Shown: piece after piece, positions 62,063 to 64,000 of the stretch
How positions within the stretch are numbered: position 1 is the first letter of the stretch
How the letters are laid out: the number at the start of each line of letters is the position of its first letter
Source of the DNA: a bacterium
GTDB lineage: Bacteria; Pseudomonadota; Gammaproteobacteria; GCA-002705445; GCA-002716945
DNA: 64,000 bases
Assembly (NCBI GenBank): GCA_029979505.1
Contig: JAPOHH010000003.1
Location: 8,635-72,634, forward strand
Direction: 5' to 3'
Notes under the pieces: generated by a model
The model's input: the letters and a program-made list of their open reading frames with translations, nothing else
Databases searched by the model: none
What the model was told of the DNA's origin: nothing
Made by a program: the position numbers and the translations under genes

Positions 62063-63746
62063 TTAATATTCTCATGGAGTGTTGCATAAACTCACTAAAT
62101 ATTGGAGCAGCGTGTACACCTCCAGATCCCTCTCGATTTTGCGGGTTTCTGACAATTACTGCAGCAACATACTTTGGTTCTGGGTCGCCCAATATGCCAA
62201 TAAAAAGAGCATTATGTCTATTTTTAACGTATTCGCCATCAATCAGCTGTCTGACAGTACCTGTCTTACCATATACCGTATAACCTTGAACAGCAGCTTT
62301 TCTCCCAGTACCATCTTTGGAATGAACAACTTCTTTCATCATAGTTAGAACTTTTTTTGATTTTTTATAATCAAGAATACTTTCTTTATTATTTTTATTT
62401 GAATTATTTAAATAATTTATGCTAACTCTCTCTCCATAATTAGCCAATGTAGTATATGCGCTAGCTAGATGCATCAGAGACATTGAAAGTCCATAACCAT
62501 ATCCAAGACTCATATGACTTGATTCTGATAAATTAGATGCGATAGGTAGAGTACCATTCTTTGATCCCGGTAAATTCAAAAATAGTGATTGTCCAAATCC
62601 AAATTTATTCAATCCATCTATAAGTTGTTTTTTTGATAATTTACTTGATATTTTAGCTGCTCCAATATTACTTGATAGGCGAATTATATCTGTTGGATTA
62701 ATTGATCCTAAATACTTCCAATCTTTAATTTCCTTATCTTCCAGTTTTATCACACCAGGAGCAGTATCAATAATTGTGTATTCATCAATAATTTTATGAT
62801 TCAGAGCTGTGTATATTATGAGCGGTTTTATTGTGGAACCTGGTTCTATCAAATCATATACAGCTCTATTTTTGATATTTTTGCCTTTAAATTGACTTCT
62901 TTTTTCAGGATTAAAAGAAGGATAATTAACCATAGATAATATATCTCCTGTATTTGATTCAATCAAAATAATTGAACCACTCTCTGCATTGAATTTATGG
63001 ATATATTTTCTTAGAATTTCATACCCAATAATTTGCACTCTTTTGTCAATTGTTAGAGAAATATCTTTTCCAGATTGAGATTTTTTTATTATCTCGATTG
63101 TTTCAATAGGTCGACCAATATTGTCTTGTTTTACTTTTTTTAAACCCCTAACAGGTGAGAGTATATCATTATTTATTAATTCTATTCCCTCTTGCCCTTT
63201 ATCATCTATGTCTGTAAATCCAATGACATTTGAAAATGATTCGCCACCAAGATATGATCTCTTATTTTCATTAATAAAATAGATGTAAGGATTTTTTAAC
63301 TTTTTAACTTTATTATAGACTTGTTTAGATACATGTCTTTTTACATACAATTCTTTTTTATTTTTATTTTTTAGTATTATAGAATTTATTTTTTTTTCAG
63401 ATATATTCAATTCTCTCGCAAGCATTGTTATTGATTTATCATAATTTCTATATAATTTACTTGGATTAATACATAGTGTTTTTGATGGTAAGGACATGGC
63501 CAAAATATCATTATTTCTATCATAGATACTACCTCTTTGTGCTGATATCTTTACCAAATGTATTTGTCTTTTTTTTGCCTCATCCAAAATATTTTCTTTG
63601 CAAACTTCTCCATTAAAATAAAAACAATCTGTTGCTTTTATTTGAATGAAGTAAAGTCTTAATAGAATAATAAAAAAAACAAAAAAGGCCACTGCTATGA
63701 ATAACAGTAGCCTTAGCTTGTCATTTCTTTTTGTATTATTAATCAG
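62031..63746 (-). CDS. ftsI: Peptidoglycan D,D-transpeptidase FtsI (PBP3); start uncertain (CTG 63746, ATT 63743 or GTG 63692)
   Basis: RGSIYDRN, G..GIE, EPGSTIK (SxxK), SSN, KTG; frame is open upstream of the GTG through RLLLFIAV. Confidence 0.95.
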   Translation of the reverse strand: MINNTKRNDKLRLLLFIAVAFFVFFIILLRLYFIQIKATDCFYFNGEVCKENILDEAKKRQIHLVKISAQRGSIYDRNNDILAMSLPSKTLCINPSKLYRNYDKSITMLARELNISEKKINSIILKNKNKKELYVKRHVSKQVYNKVKKLKNPYIYFINENKRSYLGGESFSNVIGFTDIDDKGQEGIELINNDILSPVRGLKKVKQDNIGRPIETIEIIKKSQSGKDISLTIDKRVQIIGYEILRKYIHKFNAESGSIILIESNTGDILSMVNYPSFNPEKRSQFKGKNIKNRAVYDLIEPGSTIKPLIIYTALNHKIIDEYTIIDTAPGVIKLEDKEIKDWKYLGSINPTDIIRLSSNIGAAKISSKLSKKQLIDGLNKFGFGQSLFLNLPGSKNGTLPIASNLSESSHMSLGYGYGLSMSLMHLASAYTTLANYGERVSINYLNNSNKNNKESILDYKKSKKVLTMMKEVVHSKDGTGRKAAVQGYTVYGKTGTVRQLIDGEYVKNRHNALFIGILGDPEPKYVAAVIVRNPQNREGSGGVHAAPIFSEFMQHSMRILNDQNYVTRNY

Positions 63747-64000
63747 CTTGCTGTCTTAAAAAAGCTGGTATATCAATAGACGTTTGTTCTTCAGGTTGAA
63801 TGCTATTAACATTCGGTGCTGCGTCTATGTTAGATACAATATTATTATTTACTGTTTGTCCCAGGTTAGTATGCTCGTTTTGATTACTAACAGTATCAGG
63901 ATTAACTTCTTGTGTAGCATTATTTTGAGCAAATCCTGTTGCAATTATAGTTACACGTAAGTCGCCAATATTATCATCTTCTTTTATGCAACCTGTAATT
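63739..64000 (-). CDS. ftsZ: Cell division protein FtsZ, C-terminal part (truncated by window edge; not in ORF track)
   Basis: Manual translation ...DLRVTIIATGF-[N/Q-rich linker]-IDIPAFLRQQAD-stop: end of the FtsZ core plus the conserved C-terminal peptide. Confidence 0.97.
   Translation of the reverse strand, partial: ITGCIKEDDNIGDLRVTIIATGFAQNNATQEVNPDTVSNQNEHTNLGQTVNNNIVSNIDAAPNVNSIQPEEQTSIDIPAFLRQQAD

Overview
A very AT-rich, extremely gene-dense stretch of core chromosome from a streamlined Gammaproteobacterium, probably marine and planktonic (gene order is gamma-type; the exact taxon cannot be fixed from this window). It holds about 70 CDS and two CCA-less tRNAs (Ser-TGA, Lys-TTT). Content, roughly in positional order: serS/ftsK/trxB, thr, surE-pcm, scpAB-trpS, leuA/ilv, a sulfur-oxidation module (soxXYZA, lipoprotein, alpha/beta-hydrolase, YeeE transporter, TusA nearby), que/ruvC/nadA/aspS, two cytochromes c, an RND pump, rluD/bamD/nadE, coaE-zapD, argJ-secA and a rearranged dcw cluster. 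No mobile elements, CRISPR arrays or long repeats were seen. Most unusual observations: (1) tRNA-Lys lies wholly in frame inside the N-terminus of the sox-linked hydrolase ORF; (2) ftsZ has moved from between ftsA and lpxC to directly upstream of ftsI, where ftsL normally sits; (3) the RND adaptor lacks its alpha-hairpin and no outer-membrane channel gene is adjacent; (4) clean deletion scars where ruvAB/tol-pal, lolA, nlpD/rpoS and pil genes are normally found; (5) two translationally coupled membrane microproteins missed by the ORF track; (6) recurrent leaderless and bidirectional promoter geometry.
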